Positions 24,913 to 37,286 are shown, counted from the first letter of the stretch. The stretch is DNA of 64,000 nt from an uncultured Acidobacteriaceae bacterium (GCA_963724755.1 CAVRVZ010000014.1:285255-349254), one strand, 5' to 3'. The notes: generated by a model from the sequence alone, not told the origin. Numbers and translations are program-made.

Positions 24913-26122
24913 TTAGCTTGACAGCCCCAGTTCGCGCATGGCATTCGCGTTGTAAACCTTGCGCAGAATATCGTCCGGAAGGTTGATTCCATAGATGCGC
25001 CAGCGGCCCTGCGGCGGAACTTTGGCGGGAGCATAGTCAAAGTACTCGTCGTCCGTCTCCAGGAATCGATAGTAGATGCTATAGAGATCGCCGCTGAAAT
25101 ACTGCTGCGGGTAATTGCGGGCGTGCGGCGTGGCATCGGTTCCGAACACGATCCTATCCTGATATTTCTCAAAGAAGGCGCGCGCCGTTCGCGGCTGCCG
25201 TCCCAATTCGCCTACGCGCGCGGCAAGATCGACGAGCATATTCGGGAAGCGATCCATCGCCTGCGGAGACGTTCTCAAGATTCTCAGCGAAGTTGCCCAC
25301 ATGCAAACTACAAAATGCGTGTTGGGATGCTTGGCGATCATCCTGTTTCTCGCTGCGAGTAACTCGAGATTGGATGGAAAGTCGTGATCGTAGAAAGACC
25401 AGTCGGGATGATTGTTCAGCTCTTCAAAGCGCTCGTTGAAGCGGTCGGTGGGCAGGAAAGAAGGCTGAAGGGTCGGAGATGTGAATCGCCACCGGCATCT
25501 TCAACTGCCCGCACACGTCCCACATGGGATCGAATCTCGGATCGTCGATCTTGATCAGTTTTCCGCGTGGTGACGTTTTCCCTGAGATAGAGGCCGAGCG
25601 TCTTCAGAATCTTGAGCCCGCGCGCTCCGTCGCGATGCGCCTGCTCGATTGCCTCGGCCTGTTTGCGTGGATAGTCGGGATCCATGATCTGCGAATACAT
25701 AGGCTCGGTGAACGTGTAAAAGCGATCGGGAAAGAGCTTATCGTACTTCTTCACGGTTTCAGCCAGGCCGGAGCCGTATCCTCCTGTTAAATTGACCATG
25801 GTGCGAAGGTTCTTGCTATCCATCACCTGCAGAAGTTCCTCGGGAGCGGCGTTATACCTGCGCTCGGCAACCATGGGCACGCCCTTTTCTCCCTTGGCGG
25901 AAAAAGTGATGTGCGTGTGAAAGTCGATTACCGGATAGCGCGGCTTTTCAACATGAGTCTCACGCACGTGCAGCATGCTTACCGGCTGATAGTCGGGAAG
26001 ATCGAGCACTTTAGGCTTCGGTTCTTCTTCGATCGGCTCGGATGCACTTTACTCCCGCGTGCGCGGCAACACTTGAAACCAATCCCAAGACCCGTTCCAT
26101 ATAGCAGTTCACGACGATTCAT
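24913..26122 (-). CDS. Amidohydrolase family 2 protein, Tat-like N-terminus (frameshifted)
   Basis: MNRRELL; IDFHTH, AIHISDP, ARVGELGRQP, FGTD. Confidence 0.85.
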
Positions 26123-26231
26123 TTCGTTATTCTCCTCGAAAAATTCCGCTCAGGTGGTATAACTTCCTAACTCAATAAGAAATTCATGCAGGCGGCTGAT
26201 TTGAAAGACCGCCTGCATGCGTCACAATTCT

Positions 26232-27561
26232 CTACAGATGCGGCGCCCAGCCTTTTTCGTATTCGCGCGACCACATCTTCATCGCCTGCGGGTCGTCCAG
26301 AATCTTTCCGTCTTGTCGGGTCGGTCTGCAATGAGCGGTTCAGCTCCCAGGAGATATTGGAGAGTTGAAGCGAGGTAACTACAATGTTGCCCTGCGAGAT
26401 AGGAGCGTGAAGCTTCTCTCCTTTGGTAATCGCCGCAATGAAGTTGGCGAAGTGGGCATTGGTTGCAACGTCGCCGTCGAACTTGTCATAAAACGGAACT
26501 TTGTCGTCGTCCTTGAATTCGCCCGTCTTATTTCCCTTAAGGTCATAGACCTCGTAGCCGGAGCCGCCATCTCCATAAATAAATACCGAGCCCGTGGTGC
26601 CCATGACAATCAACCCGGAATCATGGCCGAAGTACTTCATCCCGTTGCACGATCTGCCTTCCCACGAAATCAACTTATCGCCGTAATCGAAGCTGGTATC
26701 CAGCGTGTCGTAAAACTGCCAGTCATCCTTGAATTGGTATCTTCCGCCCAGCGAAGTTACACGGCTTGGAAAGTCCACCTGGAGCGCCCAGCGGCATAAG
26801 TCGATGCTATGCGTGCCGTTGTTCAAGGCTTCGCCAGTGCCCCAGTGTTTGAACCAGTGCCAGTTATAAGGATGGATGTTATCCTTATACGGCCTGCGCG
26901 GCGCGGGTCCCTGCCAGAGATCCCAATCGAGTTGCGGCGGCACGGGTACTTCCTTGCCAATCCCGATCGACTTTCTTGTGTTGCTGTACCATGCCCTGGC
27001 AAAGTAAGGCCGGTCAATGATGCCGTTGTGTATCTTGTCGATGGCTTCCATGGTGCGCAGGCACGAACGCTGCTGCGTGCCCTGCTGCACTTGCTTCCGA
27101 TATTTCTGCTGGGCCTTCACCAGCATCGCGCCCTCGGCGGGATTGTGGCTGCATGGCTTCTCAACATAAACATGCTTGCCTGCTTCGAGCGCGGCAATCG
27201 CCAGCGGAGTGTGCCAGTGGTCGGGCGTGGCGATGGTGACGGCGTCAACGTCCTTCTGCTGAAGAACATTGCGAAAGTCCTTGTCGCTCGCGGGAGCATA
27301 ACCCGCCTCGTGCTCTACGATGCCCGCAAATTTTGCGCGGATATTGTCGTCCACATCGCAAAAATGCGAGATGCGGGCGGTATCTTTATTTGCCAGGAGC
27401 GCCGACATATGAGCATAGCCGCGCCAGCGCAGGCCCATGATGGCAAAGTTGAGGCGATCGTTGGAGCCGAGAATCTGACCGTAGCTTTTCGCGGTCGAAC
27501 CGATAGCCATACCTGCCGCCCCTACCGCGAGCGAATCGAGAAATTCACGACGACTGACCAT
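26232..27561 (-). CDS. Gfo/Idh/MocA oxidoreductase with Tat signal (C-terminal frameshift)
   Basis: SRREFL; IATPDHWH, HVYVEKP, WDLWQGPAP, NNGTH. Confidence 0.92.
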
Positions 27562-28111
27562 TTTGTTTCTCCTTTAATTCAACTCAAGCTGCGCTGTTCG
27601 ATTTTAGTCGAGGTTTTTCAAAACTATGCCGGGAACTGTGCAGTCGACTCAGAATAATACCGGGACCAGAATTTTCTGCATTTCCGTATTACGGCATAAG
27701 TGAAATCCCATGCGGCACCAAGTATACACAAAGAGGGGGCTCTCACGACACAGGGAATAACAGACGAAAAGGGAGCAAAAGGACAAGGCTATCGCAAGTT
27801 ATATTCAGGCAAATGGTCAGATTCGCCGGTACGATCCTTATCCGTAATATCCAACGAAATAGCTCCAGCGTTTGCCGTCCGCATCATTGCGCCAGCCAGT
27901 GGATACACTGCAACCAGATCAGCGCTTCATCGTCAGGATGCGAGGGATTTCAAAGGTGCCCACCATGGTTTATGATACAAAGCGTAGTAGTGTTCTGGCG
28001 AATGCATGGAAGTCGGGGCGATGGGACAAACCAGAATGCTGCGGACGGCGAAACGTGATGGCGCCGTTTATCGTTACATCTGTCAATATTGCAGCAGGAA
28101 GGAAGCAATCT

Positions 28112-29045
28112 ATGGTAAATCGCCGTCAGTTTGTAAAAACAGTTGGATTAGGCGCGCTGGCAGGCGCAGGGTTGAGAGTAGCCGGGGCGCAAACGACAGC
28201 CGCACCGCAATCGGATACAAGTGCGGACAAAACCAAAATGGCAAGGCTATTTCCGGGATGCTGCGCCTACTCCTACAATAAAGAACTCCGGCAAGGCTCC
28301 ATGACGATGGAGGAGTTTATTCTCAAGGCGGTGGAGCTAAAAGTAGTCGGCGTCGATATGACGGTGTATTACCTCAAGTCCACTGAGCCGGAGTATCTCG
28401 ATAGTCTTCGTCACCTGGCTTACAAGCATGCCATGGCCTTCTCGGGAGCGGCATGCGGAGTCAGCATGGTCCAGGCCGATGCCGCTAAGCGCGCAGAGAG
28501 CGTGAGCCAGATTAAAAAGTGGGTCGATGTTACTGACCGGCTCGGGGCTTCTCATCTGAGAATTTTTGCCGGCGTGCTGCCGCAGGGCGCCAGCGTTAAG
28601 GAGGCCATCGACTGGGTGGTTGAGGCGATGAAGGAAGCATGCGACTACTCCGGCAAGAAAGGCATCATGCTGGGGGTTGAAGATCACGAAGGCGTGACGG
28701 AGAACGCGGACCTGTGCGTTGAGATCATGCAGCGCGTCAATTCGCCCTATGCCGGCATCAACCTCGATATTACAAATTTTGTTGCCACGCCGGCGCAACG
28801 ATGCCTACGCGCAGATTGCCGCATGCATTCCCTACGCAACCAATATTCACATCCGCGATCACTTTTACGATCACACTCCGGTGGATATGGATCGCGTGTG
28901 GAAGATATTTGCGCAAGCCGGGCATCAGGGTTTTGTGTCGGCGGAATATGAACATCAATTCCCCGACAGCCTGCCTTCAGCCACCGGAGTTCCGATACTG
29001 ATGGAAGAAATCCAGGCGCTGTGCAAGAAATATTCGAGCGTTTAA
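28112..29045 (+). CDS. Sugar phosphate isomerase/epimerase (xylose isomerase-like TIM barrel), Tat signal (frameshifted)
   Basis: NRRQFVK; LRIFAG, GVEDHEG, NLDITNF, HIRD, SAEYE. Confidence 0.88.
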
Positions 29046-29064
29046 CGGCTTATATTTCCACAGC

Positions 29065-31348
29065 CTAGAATTCGTCGTACGCGATCTGGTGGGATGGAAT
29101 CCCGAGGTCCGCGAGCATCCTGGTGCAAGCCTTGATCATCAACGGCGGGCCGCAGAGATAGTATTCCCCCGCCTCGGGGTTTTCGCGATCGCTCAAGTGA
29201 TATTTCAGCACTACGTCGTGGATCAAGCCCACGTGGCCGGCCCAGTTATCCTCGGGCAGCGGCGAAGATAGAGCCACATGAAAGGTAAAGTTATGGTGCT
29301 TGCGCGGCTAACTCCTCGAAATAATCTTCGTAGAATATCTCCTGCTTTGACCGTGCTCCATACCAGAAGCTGATCTTGCGCGCGGTCTTTTCGTTTTCAA
29401 GTAAGTGCGCGATGTGGGCGCGCAGAGGAGCCATGCCCGCGCCGCCGCCGATATAAGTCATCTCGCGCTTGGTGGGCTTCACATGGAAGTCCCCAAAGGG
29501 ACCGATGGCGGAGACCTGGTCGCCAACCTTCAGATTGAAGACATAACTCGATCCGATTCCGGGAGCGCAGTCCTGGCCCGGCGGCGGCGTCGCGATGCGA
29601 ACGTTAAAGCGCAGCGCGCGCTCCGTCTGCAGGTTACTGGCCAGGGAATAGTTATTGCGGCGGCCGGCCGTGGGATTGGTGGAGACAAGATCGAAGAGAT
29701 GATGATTGCGCCAGACGGCGGCGAAAGGCTCTGGAATTTCGAAGTCGCGGAAGCGAATCTCTTCGTAGGCCGGAATGTCGAGTTGCAGATAATCGCCCGG
29801 AGTGAAGGCGATCTTCTCGCCGTCCAGCGGTTCGAGGATAAGTTCCTTGATAAAGGTAGCAACGCTGCTGTTACTAGCTACGCGGAAGCGGCAGGACTGT
29901 TGCGCGCGGGCTCCCACTCCGCCGGCGCGAACAACATTGATGTGGATTCGACCGTCGCGCTCCTCCACGGGATACGTGGCAAGTCCGCGGCAGATGGGCG
30001 CGCGCGCCGGCGATCCGTCGCATGAGGTTATAGCGCCCGTTGTGCTTGGAGCACTCAATCATATTGCCAACAATCAGGCCGCTGGAAAGATGAGTGTTGC
30101 CATGGGTGCAGACTCCATCAGTGGCGTAGAGCCTGTTTTCACTGTCGCGGTAAATGGCGTAAGTCTTCTGGCCGTGATCGAAGCGAAGAATATCGTCGAG
30201 CCTGAGATCGGCAGACGGAGCAAACATCGATCCAGCCCTCCTCGCCCGGCTGCGGCCTGTGAGACGTGGCAGCGTTCCTTGATGCGCGCCCTGGGCTCGG
30301 GAAGTTTGCGCTTGATGTAATAGCCGGGGTCCTTGATTTGCCTGCGAACGGCGGGAACGATTTCACGGAAGGCGGCATAGATACTCGGATATGGCGTAGG
30401 GCAGTCGTCCTTCACGATTTCATGCAGCTTGCGCAGAGCGTGGTAGGGCACCAGCGGGAACATATGATGCTCCACGTGGTAACCCATGTTCCAGTAAAGA
30501 TAGCGGTTGATCGGGTTCATATACACCGTCCTGCAATTCAGGCGGTGATCGAGGACATTTTCCGCAAGCCCAGCGTGCTGGGTGAGATAGTAAATAGGCC
30601 CCAGCCATGCGCCGAAGAAGCCCGCGAAGCCGACAAACATGAGCGGCAGAATGCTGCGCTCGTAAATCGCGAGCGCGATGACGCATAAGTAAATGGATAC
30701 ATAGATGCGCGCTTCGCGATAAACCTTGTGAAACTCGGATTCGGGGATGTAGGTTTTTTCTTCGGCAGACATGCGTCCCAGAGAATGCAGCACGATCTGC
30801 TTGAAATACATTTCATAAGTGCCGATGTTGAAGAACCTCTTGACGAGGTCCTTCCAATCGGGCGGGCGGGGAACGGCAATCTCGCGGTCGCGGCCAACGA
30901 TGATGGTGTCGCTGTGATGGCGGTTGTGGCTCCATCGCCAGAGCGTGCCTTCGCGCATGAGCATGAACGAGGCAATCTCGTAAAGCGCATTGTTCATCCA
31001 GTCGGTCTTGAACGCGGTTCCGTGGCCGGTCTCATGCCAGCGCGAGTCGGAGCTGGAAGCATAAATCGCGCTGTAAATTACGTAGGGAAGGATCGCCCAC
31101 CAGGTGCCCCACAGGGCATAAGTGGCGTAGCCTGCGCCGAAGATGAGCGCAAACCAGAGGATGGTGTCGCGAATCGCGGGCCCGTCGCGGCGCTCCAGCA
31201 GCTTGCGCATGGTTTCGCGCGGCACGGGGCACTGGTACCAATCAGCCTCGGCGAGCCCTTTCTCCACGGCCAGAGTGGCGTTCACTCCGGTCAGACTGTA
31301 GTCGAGCTTGATGGGAGGGCTGGGGAAGACTTCCGCGCTGCTGCTCAT
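29065..31348 (-). CDS. MocD-like fatty acid desaturase / Rieske ferredoxin / NqrF-like FAD-NAD reductase fusion (frameshifted)
   Basis: His boxes HETGH, HNRHH, HVEHH; Rieske CTH...CSKH; RNYSLAS, GPFGDF, GGGAGMAP, YLCGPP, C-terminal YDEF; no internal start or RBS at domain junctions. Confidence 0.8.
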
Positions 31349-31445
31349 TCGATTTGGCTCCTCAAAGGAGTTTCTGACTGTAAGAAAAATACCAGGCCAC
31401 GCAGGCCGCATGGGCGCATACCGGCCCGACCAGCCGGAACGCTGC

Positions 31446-31464
31446 TTAGTACTCATTGTACTAA
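31446..31464. promoter_or_regulatory. Palindromic operator overlapping -10 box of the fusion gene
   Basis: TTAGTAC-tcatt-GTACTAA; minus strand contains TACAAT. Confidence 0.55.
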
Positions 31465-31588
31465 AGGTGAAGATTCAGTTGCAGATTGCAATTCAGCGGT
31501 TGATGATCCATCCGCCAGAAAGCAGGACGGAAGCTTCAATTCATTGAAGGCGAGTGCTGAAAGGGGCAGGTTTTGTTACTGTTGACCC

Positions 31589-32990
31589 ATGCCGGAATCC
31601 GCAATCCAACCCGATCAGAGCGCTCTCGACCTCGAATCGCTGGCAGCCGAAGTCGTCGATCTCGCCATCAAAGCCGGCGCCAGCGATGCCGAAGCCGTGG
31701 CGCGCGAGGGCGACGAGTTCAGCGTGAACGTGCGCATGGGCCAGGTGGAGACGCTGCAGGAGTCAGGCTCGCGCGGACTGGGGCTGCGGGTTTTTCTGGG
31801 GCTCACGGTCGGCTTCGGCCTCCACCAGCGACCTGACCGCGGACGGCATTCGCCAACTGGTGGAGGGCGCGATGGCGCTGGTCAAAATCACCGAGGAAGA
31901 CCCCTTTGCCGGCTTGCCGGAAGCGGGAAGAATTCGGCTCGGTACCCGGCGATCTGCACCTTTACTACGAAGACGTTTACTCGCTTCCCGGCGCGGAGCG
32001 GATCGAGTGGGCGCGGCGGGCTGAGGCGGCGGCGCTTGAGGCCGATCCGCGCATCGTCAACTCCGACGGCGGCAGCTTTGACGCCGCCACCGGGCGCAAG
32101 GTGCTGGCCAACTCGCGCGGCTTTGTGGGCGGCTATCGCTCCAGCTATGCCGGAGTTTCGGCGGTTCCGCTGGCCATGGATGCGAACGGCCAGATGCAGC
32201 GCGACTACTGGTGGTCCAGCGCGCGGCGGCTCGCCGACCTCGAGACTCCTGAAGTCGATAGGCAAGGAGGCAGCGCGGCGCACCCTCCGCCGGCTGGGCG
32301 CGCGGCGCGTTCCCACGCAGCGGGTTCCCATCGTCTTTGCGCCGGAGGTGGCGCAGTCGCTGATCGGGGCGGTCTTTGAAGCCGCTTCGGGCGACGCGAT
32401 CTGGCGCGGCGCATCGTTTCTGGCCGGGCGGCTGGGCGAGCCGATTGCCGCGCCGAATCTGACCATCGTCGACGACAACACCATGCTGCTGCCAACAGGC
32501 GTGGGCGGATTCGGCAGTTCACCCTTTGACGGCGAAGGCCTGCCCTCGCTGCGCACGGTGGTGGTCGAGAATGGCGTTCTGCGCAACTACCTGCTGAATA
32601 CCTATACAGCCCGCAAGCTGGACTTGAAGTCCACTCACAATGCGTCAAGAGGATTGGCGGGCACGCCGGGCATCGGCTGCGGCAATCTCTACCTTCAGCC
32701 GGGAACTCTGGCCGAAGACGCAAATCATCGCAGAGATTCAGGCCGGACTTTACGTCACCAGCCTGATGGGCTCTGGCGTCAATCTGGTTACCGGCGACTA
32801 CTCCCGCGGCGCAACCGGCCTGTGGATTGAAAATGGCGTACTGACCCATGCGGTCGAGGAAGTCACCATCGCCGGCAACCTTGCCGAGATGCTGCGCAAC
32901 GTAACAGCCATCGGCAATGACCTGGTCTTCCGCGGCGCGGTGGCTTCGCCCACTTTGCGCATTGATGGAATGACGATCGCAGGAGCCTGA
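31589..32990 (+). CDS. pmbA: TldE/PmbA family protein (frameshifted)
   Basis: PFDGEG, NYLLNTYTARKL, VNLVTGDYSRGATG, EVTIAGNL, SPTLRIDGMTIAG. Confidence 0.9.
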
Positions 32991-32996
32991 CCGGGG

Positions 32997-34363
32997 GTGA
33001 ATGTGCCGAGTGAGCCGCAAATTCTCGCCTTCGACCCGGCTGACCCCAAAGCCGCGCTCTCCCAACTGCCGCAAATCCCGGCGGTATTTGCACTCTACGG
33101 CGCCGAGGCCCACGCCGAGCCGTATATCGGCCGCACGCCCAATCTGCAGGGCGCGCCTCGAACGCCTGCTCCAGCCTTCGGTCCGGCATCCCCGCCGTTT
33201 GCAGTTGGCCGGCCGCGTGCGCCGCATCGTCTGGCATTCCACCGGCTCGGAGTTCGAATCGCTGCTTAAGCAGTTTTCTCTGTTGGAGGAGAATTACGGC
33301 GCAAAGGCGTTGGAGCGCATGCACTTGCGGTCGCCGGCCTTTGTGCGCTTCCTGGGCAGCAACCCTTATCCGCGCATTACCGTTACTCACCGTCCCAGCC
33401 AGCGCGAGGCCGATTGGTCTTACGGGCCGTTCCCATCGCGTGCGGCGGCGGAGCGCTATGCCGAGGAGATGCTCAAGCTGTTTTTGCTGCGCCGCTGCAC
33501 TTTCGAGCTCTCGACCCGACCCGAGCTATCCCGGCTGCGTTTACTCCGAGATGAAGATGTGCCTGGCGCCTTGCTACAAGGGCTGCACGGACGAGCGCTA
33601 CGGCGAAGAGGCCGCGGCGGTGGAGAGCTTTCTGGCCACGCGCGGCGAGAGCCGGCTGGTAGTGCTGCGTACCCAGCGGGAAGAAGCCTCAGCCAATCTT
33701 GAATTCGAGTCCGCCGCCGCGCTGCACGCTCAAGTCCAGCGAGTGGAGAGCGTGCGCGCCCTCGCCGCCGAGTTGGTTCGCCCGCTCAGCAGGCTTCGCG
33801 CCGTCATCCTGCAAGCCTCGGCCAACCCGGACCAGGTTGCCGTTTTTCTCTACGAAAACGGCCGTCTCAGCGGCCCGGCTCAATTCTCCACCCTGGGCAT
33901 GAGAATCCAGAACGAGCAGTCCGGCTCCACATCGCTCTTTGCCCAGCCGATGGCGATCGAACCCATCCCGAAAAGAACAGAGATCGGAGATCAGGGGTCA
34001 GAGGAGCAGGGAATAGGGACCAGGGAACAGGGAATAGAAAACAGTGGGAGTGCTGCGACGGAGGCAGAGACCGCGGAACACAAAGCACCTGCCGATGCGC
34101 CGCGGAAGCTCACTCGCGGCGTGCTCGAAGCCCGCATGGAAGCAGTGCTGGCCGAGCTTGCAGACCCGAGCCAGCCCCCATCGCCAACCCTCCGCCAGGG
34201 CCACCTGGCTCTGCTCAAACGCTGGTACTATCGCCCCGAGGCCCGCCGCACCGGCGAAATCTTCTTTCCCGACGCCGAAGACCGCTGGCCTTTGAAGTCC
34301 ATCCTGCGCGGGGTGGGACGCGTCGCGGCAAAGACGCTAACGGCCGTGAACGGCGCAGAATAA
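32997..34363 (+). CDS. UvrC N-terminal-like (GIY-YIG/UVR) nuclease homolog (frameshifted)
   Basis: PAVFAL...YIGRTPNL, YGPF, LLRRC, CVYSEMKMCLAPC, EASANLEFESAA. Confidence 0.8.
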
Positions 34364-34392
34364 GAAATAGAGCAACCCAATCAGGCAAGCCT

Positions 34393-34923
34393 ATGGTTAC
34401 TACTGAATCCATCCATTCCATGCTCACCGCGGGCCGCCAGCGTTTTTCCATCGGCCGAACCGCCGAAGTTGTGAATTTAGTCCGTGCGCACCCCCCCAAA
34501 GCGGCTCAACTGATCGAATGTCTTTGGGACGAAGACCCCGGCGTAGCCATGCGCGCGGCCGACGCGCTGGAAAAACTCACGCGTGGCGATGCGTCTTTCC
34601 TGCAATCCATGAAAGCACCCTTGCTCGGACTCATGACCGAAGCCACTGAGAACAAGCTGTGCTGGTGTCTGGCGATCACGATTCCGCGTCTTGAACTGAC
34701 CGCCTCAGAAAGCCATCGCGCGGCAGAAACCCTGCAGTCCTGGCTCGAGGATTCCAGCTCCATCGTCAAGACCTGCGCGCTGCAAGGGCTGGCTGATCTG
34801 ACCCGCCAGGGCCCATCCCTGCTCCCGGCGGTTGTGGACCTGTTGCGCATACACAGCCGCACCGGAACCGCAGCCATGCGCGCTCGCAGCCGCATCCTGT
34901 TGCATCGGCTGGAAAAGGGTTGA
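34393..34923 (+). CDS. HEAT/ARM-repeat-like hypothetical protein
   Basis: LWDEDPGVAMRAADALEKL; intact ORF. Confidence 0.7.
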   Translation: MVTTESIHSMLTAGRQRFSIGRTAEVVNLVRAHPPKAAQLIECLWDEDPGVAMRAADALEKLTRGDASFLQSMKAPLLGLMTEATENKLCWCLAITIPRLELTASESHRAAETLQSWLEDSSSIVKTCALQGLADLTRQGPSLLPAVVDLLRIHSRTGTAAMRARSRILLHRLEKG

Positions 34924-34997
34924 ATTCGCACCCTATACTACTGATAGAGCAAGAGGACCCTGGAAAACCCCATGGTTGAGCTGTTGCCGGTCTCAAG

Positions 34998-35666
34998 ATG
35001 ATTGAGCTTTTGCCTTCGATATTATCGGCGGATTTTGCCCATCTGGCGGATGAGGTTGCCGCGGCTGAGCGGGGCGGCGGCACGGTGATCCACGTGGACG
35101 TAATGGACGGCCATTTTGTGCCCAACATTACGCTGGGACCGCCGATCGTCAAAAGCCTGCGCAAGGCCACCACTCTGCCGCTCGACTGCCACCTGATGAT
35201 CGAGAACCCCAACGAGTTCATCCCCGCCTTTGCCGATGCCGGGGCCAATTGGGTGAGCGTGCATTACGAGGCCTGCACCCACCTGCACCGCTCGCTGGAG
35301 CTGATCGCCCACCACGGCATGAAGCCGGGGGTGGTGCTCAATCCGGCCACCCGCGTCGATCTGCTCCTGGACATTCTGCCCATGGTCCACCACGTGCTGA
35401 TCATGAGCGTGAATCCGGGCTTCGGCGGGCAGGAATTCATTCCTTTTTCGCTCCACAAGATCCGCCGGCTGGCTGAGTTGCGCCGGGAACTGGGGCTGGC
35501 GTTTAGAATCGAAGTGGATGGCGGCGTGGCTCACGATACGGTGGCCCAGGTCGTCCAAGCTGGTGCGGAGCTGCTGGTGGCCGGTTTTGCCGTCTTCGGC
35601 GCCGGTCATGCGGAGCGGGATGCGCGCGCCCTGCTGGCTGCAGCCCGCAAGGCCGCAAGCGAGTAA
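34998..35666 (+). CDS. rpe: Ribulose-phosphate 3-epimerase
   Basis: PSILSADF, HVDVMDGHFVPNITLG, DCHLMI, MSVNPGFGGQ, EVDGG. Confidence 0.97.
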   Translation: MIELLPSILSADFAHLADEVAAAERGGGTVIHVDVMDGHFVPNITLGPPIVKSLRKATTLPLDCHLMIENPNEFIPAFADAGANWVSVHYEACTHLHRSLELIAHHGMKPGVVLNPATRVDLLLDILPMVHHVLIMSVNPGFGGQEFIPFSLHKIRRLAELRRELGLAFRIEVDGGVAHDTVAQVVQAGAELLVAGFAVFGAGHAERDARALLAAARKAASE

Positions 35667-35750
35667 GCGGGTTAAACGGGTAAAATTTGAGAGATATACG
35701 GCAAAATGGCGGATGGCCGGTGCTTGAGAGCACTGCCGCAATGAGGGGTT

Positions 35751-37257
35751 ATGAACAGGTTGACCAAGAAGATTGCCGTGGTGGTTCTGGCTGTTCTGGT
35801 CCTGGGATCGGTTTCGGTCCAGGCCAGGGAGAAGCAGCCCAAGAAAAAGAAGCACGTGGACTTGAGCGCCAACCCGCTGGCCGGCGTGAACTCCAAGCAG
35901 CCCGACAAGGAGCTCTACGACAAGGCCATGATCGCCATGAAGAAGGGCCGCTTCGACGTGGCCCGGCTTGACCTGCAGACCATGCTCAACACCTATCCCG
36001 AGTCAGAGTACCGCATGCGCGCCAAGCTGGCCGTGGGCGATAGCTGGTTCAAGGAGGGCGGCGCCGCGGCCATGACCCAGGCCGAGGCCGAGTACAAGGA
36101 CTTCATCACCTTCTTCCCCAACGCCCCCGAGGCAGCCGAGGCGCAGATGAAGGTGGCCGACATCTACTACCAGCAGATGGAGAAGCCCGACCGCGACTAC
36201 AACAATACCCAGCGCGCCGAGCAGGAATACCGGGCCATGATCAACCAGTTCCCTGACTCGACCCTGGTGCCCCGCGCCAAGCAGAAGCTGCGCGATGTGC
36301 AGGAGGTTCTGGCCGAGCGCGAGACGCAGATCGGCCTCTTCTATGTGAGCCGCGAGCAATGGGCAGCGTGCCATTGCCCGTCTGGAGACCGTGGTCGATA
36401 CTTACCCGCTCTACTCCAAGAGCGACCAGGCGCTGCTGGGCATCGGCGATGCCTATCTCGGCGAAGCCCGCGGCATCGAGAATATCCCCCATCTGCCCGC
36501 CAAGCATCAAGGAGCGGATGCGCGCGGTTTACCAGGACAAGGCCGCCGCGGCCTTTACCAAAGTGATCACCCGCTATCCCATGGCTCCGCACGTTGAGGA
36601 TGCCCGCGACCGGCTGGTGGCCATGAACCGCCCCGTTCCCGAGCCCACCCAGGAAGCGCTGGCCGAGAACGACGCTGAAGAGCGCAGCCGCCAGCCCTTG
36701 CACTTTACCGGCAAGACTCTCGGCTTCATCAAGCACGGGCCTTCGGTGGTGGAGGCGGTGCACGTAGGCGAGCCCATCGCTCGAAGATCCCAAGCGGACC
36801 CTCGCTCCGGACGTCAACAAGGAGAACATGGCGATCTTAGCCGACGCCATCAACGCCGGCCGTCCCGCCGCTCCCACGCCAGGCACCATCCAGCCCACCG
36901 GCGCCCAACGAGCCTCCGCGCAGCGACCAGCCGAACTCGGCGCCGTTGCTGACGCCGTCGTCTGAAGGCGGCACCGGCGTGGGCGTTTCAGGTCGTAAGC
37001 GCGCCCTCCGGAACTGCCACCACCGATGCCAACCCCGTGCTGAAGCCGGTGGGACCCGCCAGCACCGAGCTGCCCGCCGCTGAAAAGCCCGCCGAGCCTC
37101 CGACCCAGGTAAACGACATCAAGTCCGGCAGCGTCAAGGGCCACGCCCGTCAATCGCCAACGGCAAGAAGGTGAAGAAGCCCAAGGCCGATCTGGGCGAC
37201 GAGTCCTCAAGCAAGAAGAAAAAGAAGAAGGGCCTCGACAAGCTCAATCCGTTCTAA
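35751..37257 (+). CDS. bamD: Outer membrane protein assembly factor BamD with long Pro/Lys-rich tail (frameshifted)
   Basis: TPR segments, YKDFITFFPN, KPDRD, FPDSTLVPRAKQKLRDVQEVLAERE; ends KKKKKGLDKLNPF. Confidence 0.88.
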
Positions 37258-37286
37258 AACAAAATCAGAACTGTCTCGGCGAGGAA

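Noticed and set aside
27562-28111. ORFs or ncRNA in the long divergent intergenic region
   Set aside because: Short ORFs lack motifs and RBS; no convincing structure; treated as promoter DNA
29065-29900. Respiratory Na+-NQR subunit F
   Set aside because: Lacks the NqrF N-terminal TM and plant-type ferredoxin domain, no nqrA-E nearby, and it is continuous with a Rieske domain
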